Assembly (NCBI GenBank): GCA_964057225.1 | Contig: OZ059896.1 | Span: forward strand, 4,712,001 to 4,776,000 | Source: Auanema rhodensis | Taxonomy: Eukaryota > Animalia > Nematoda | DNA length: 64,000 nt | Direction of reading: 5' to 3' | Part shown: positions 62,901-64,000 of the stretch, piece by piece | Layout: each line of letters starts with the position of its first letter | Numbering within the stretch: the stretch's first letter is position 1 | Notes under the pieces: generated by a model | What the model saw: the letters and a program-made list of their open reading frames with translations, nothing else | Database searches by the model: none | What the model was told of the DNA's origin: nothing | Program-made: the position numbers and the translations under genes

Positions 62901-64000
62901 CTATATCAGTTGATATCTCGGTGCATTTTCAAGCTAGCGCAAATCTGATAACACAGATCGACGCAGCTTAAAAATCCGCATCGAATGCACTATACTACAT
63001 GGAGAAACGCTCAATACAAAAATTAGTTATGATCGTTTGAAAAATGATGCATTAGTGTATGTTGAGTTTCCATGTACACTCAACAATGCTTCCAGAAACA
63101 TTTTGACAAAAATTTTCCCGAAAAATTTCAAAATAATTTCACAAAAAGTAGATGTTTTTAGATTCCTTTTTTCAAGACAAAGACGATGGACATTGTTATT
63201 CAACAAAAAAATTAATTCTTCACGGTGAAAATCGAGGATATAAGTGTGAACCTATATCAGTTGATATCTCGGTGCATTTTCAAGCTAGCGCAAATCTGAT
63301 AACACAGATCGACGCAGCTTAAAAATCCGCATCGAATGCACTATACTACATGGAGAAACGCTCAATACAAAAATTAGTTATGATCGTTTGAAAAATGATG
63401 CATTAGTGTATGTTGAGTTTCCATGTACACTCAACAATGCTTCCAAAAACATTTTGACAAAAATTTTCCCGAAAAATTTCAAAATAATTTCACAAAAAGT
63501 AGATGTTTTTAGATTCCTTTTTTCAAGACAAAGACGATGGACATTGTTATTCAACAAAAAAATTAATTCTTCACGGTGAAAATCGAGGATATAAGTGTGA
63601 ACCTATATCAGTTGATATCTCGGTGCATTTTCAAGCTAGCGCAAATCTGATAACACAGATCGACGCAGCTTAAAAATCCGCATCGAATGCACTATACTAC
63701 ATGGAGAAACGCTCAATACAAAAATTAGTTATGATCGTTTGAAAAATGATGCATTAGTGTATGTTGAGTTTCCATGTACACTCAACATTGCTTCCAAAAA
63801 CATTTTGACAAACATTTTCCCGAAAAATTTCAGAATAAATTTACAAAAAGTAGATGTTTTTAGATTCCTTTTTTCAAGACAAAGACGATGGACATTGTCA
63901 TTCAACAAAAAAATTAATTCTTCACGGTGAAAATCGAGGATATAAGTGTGAACCTATATCAGTTGATATCTCGGTGCATTTTCAAGCTAGCGCAAATCTG
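35912..64000 (+). repeat. 351-bp satellite array, right subfamily (80 monomers, runs off the window edge)
   Basis: ORF-track starts are spaced exactly 351 bp apart, with one 353-bp unit (40922 to 41275). AAATCTG at 35912 recurs at 63994 = 35912 + 80x351 + 2. Diagnostic variants: TTTTCCCG, AATTTCACAAA, AGACAAAGACG. Confidence 0.99.

Noticed and set aside
36008-63930. About 75 tandem 63-aa ORFs (MKNDALVYVEF...) as a multicopy gene family
   Set aside because: They start at TTG, resemble no family I recognise, are broken by a TAG in the left subfamily and by stops in several right monomers, and simply follow the 351-bp period.
1-64000. CRISPR array or other prokaryotic repeat-spacer system
   Set aside because: Units are full-length tandem copies with no unique spacers and no cas genes, and the histone elements indicate an animal genome.

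Overview
Eukaryotic, very AT-rich, satellite-dominated window with no intact protein-coding gene; the listed ORFs are by-products of the repeats or chance frames. The window is a giant nested inverted structure: a 351-bp satellite array (1-15682), a ~1.09-kb arm (15681-16768), a ~179-185-bp satellite core with three orientation switches (~16535-35060), an inverted near-identical copy of the arm (34827-35913), and the same 351-bp satellite in the opposite orientation (35912-64000, 80 monomers). Each arm carries a ~592-bp cassette bounded by perfect 24-bp inverted repeats. The cassette holds pieces of a replication-dependent histone locus: a 3' stem-loop (CCAACGGCCCTCTTTAGGGCCACA, the C. elegans-type CUUU loop, suggesting a nematode), a CCAAT/TATA promoter, and the first ~11-12 codons of histone H4. 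Both H4 promoters point inward at satellite blocks that flip orientation shortly downstream, so read-through would give long hairpin RNA. That function is a hypothesis and is not shown by the sequence. Coordinates were counted by eye and fuzzy junctions may be off by a few bases.
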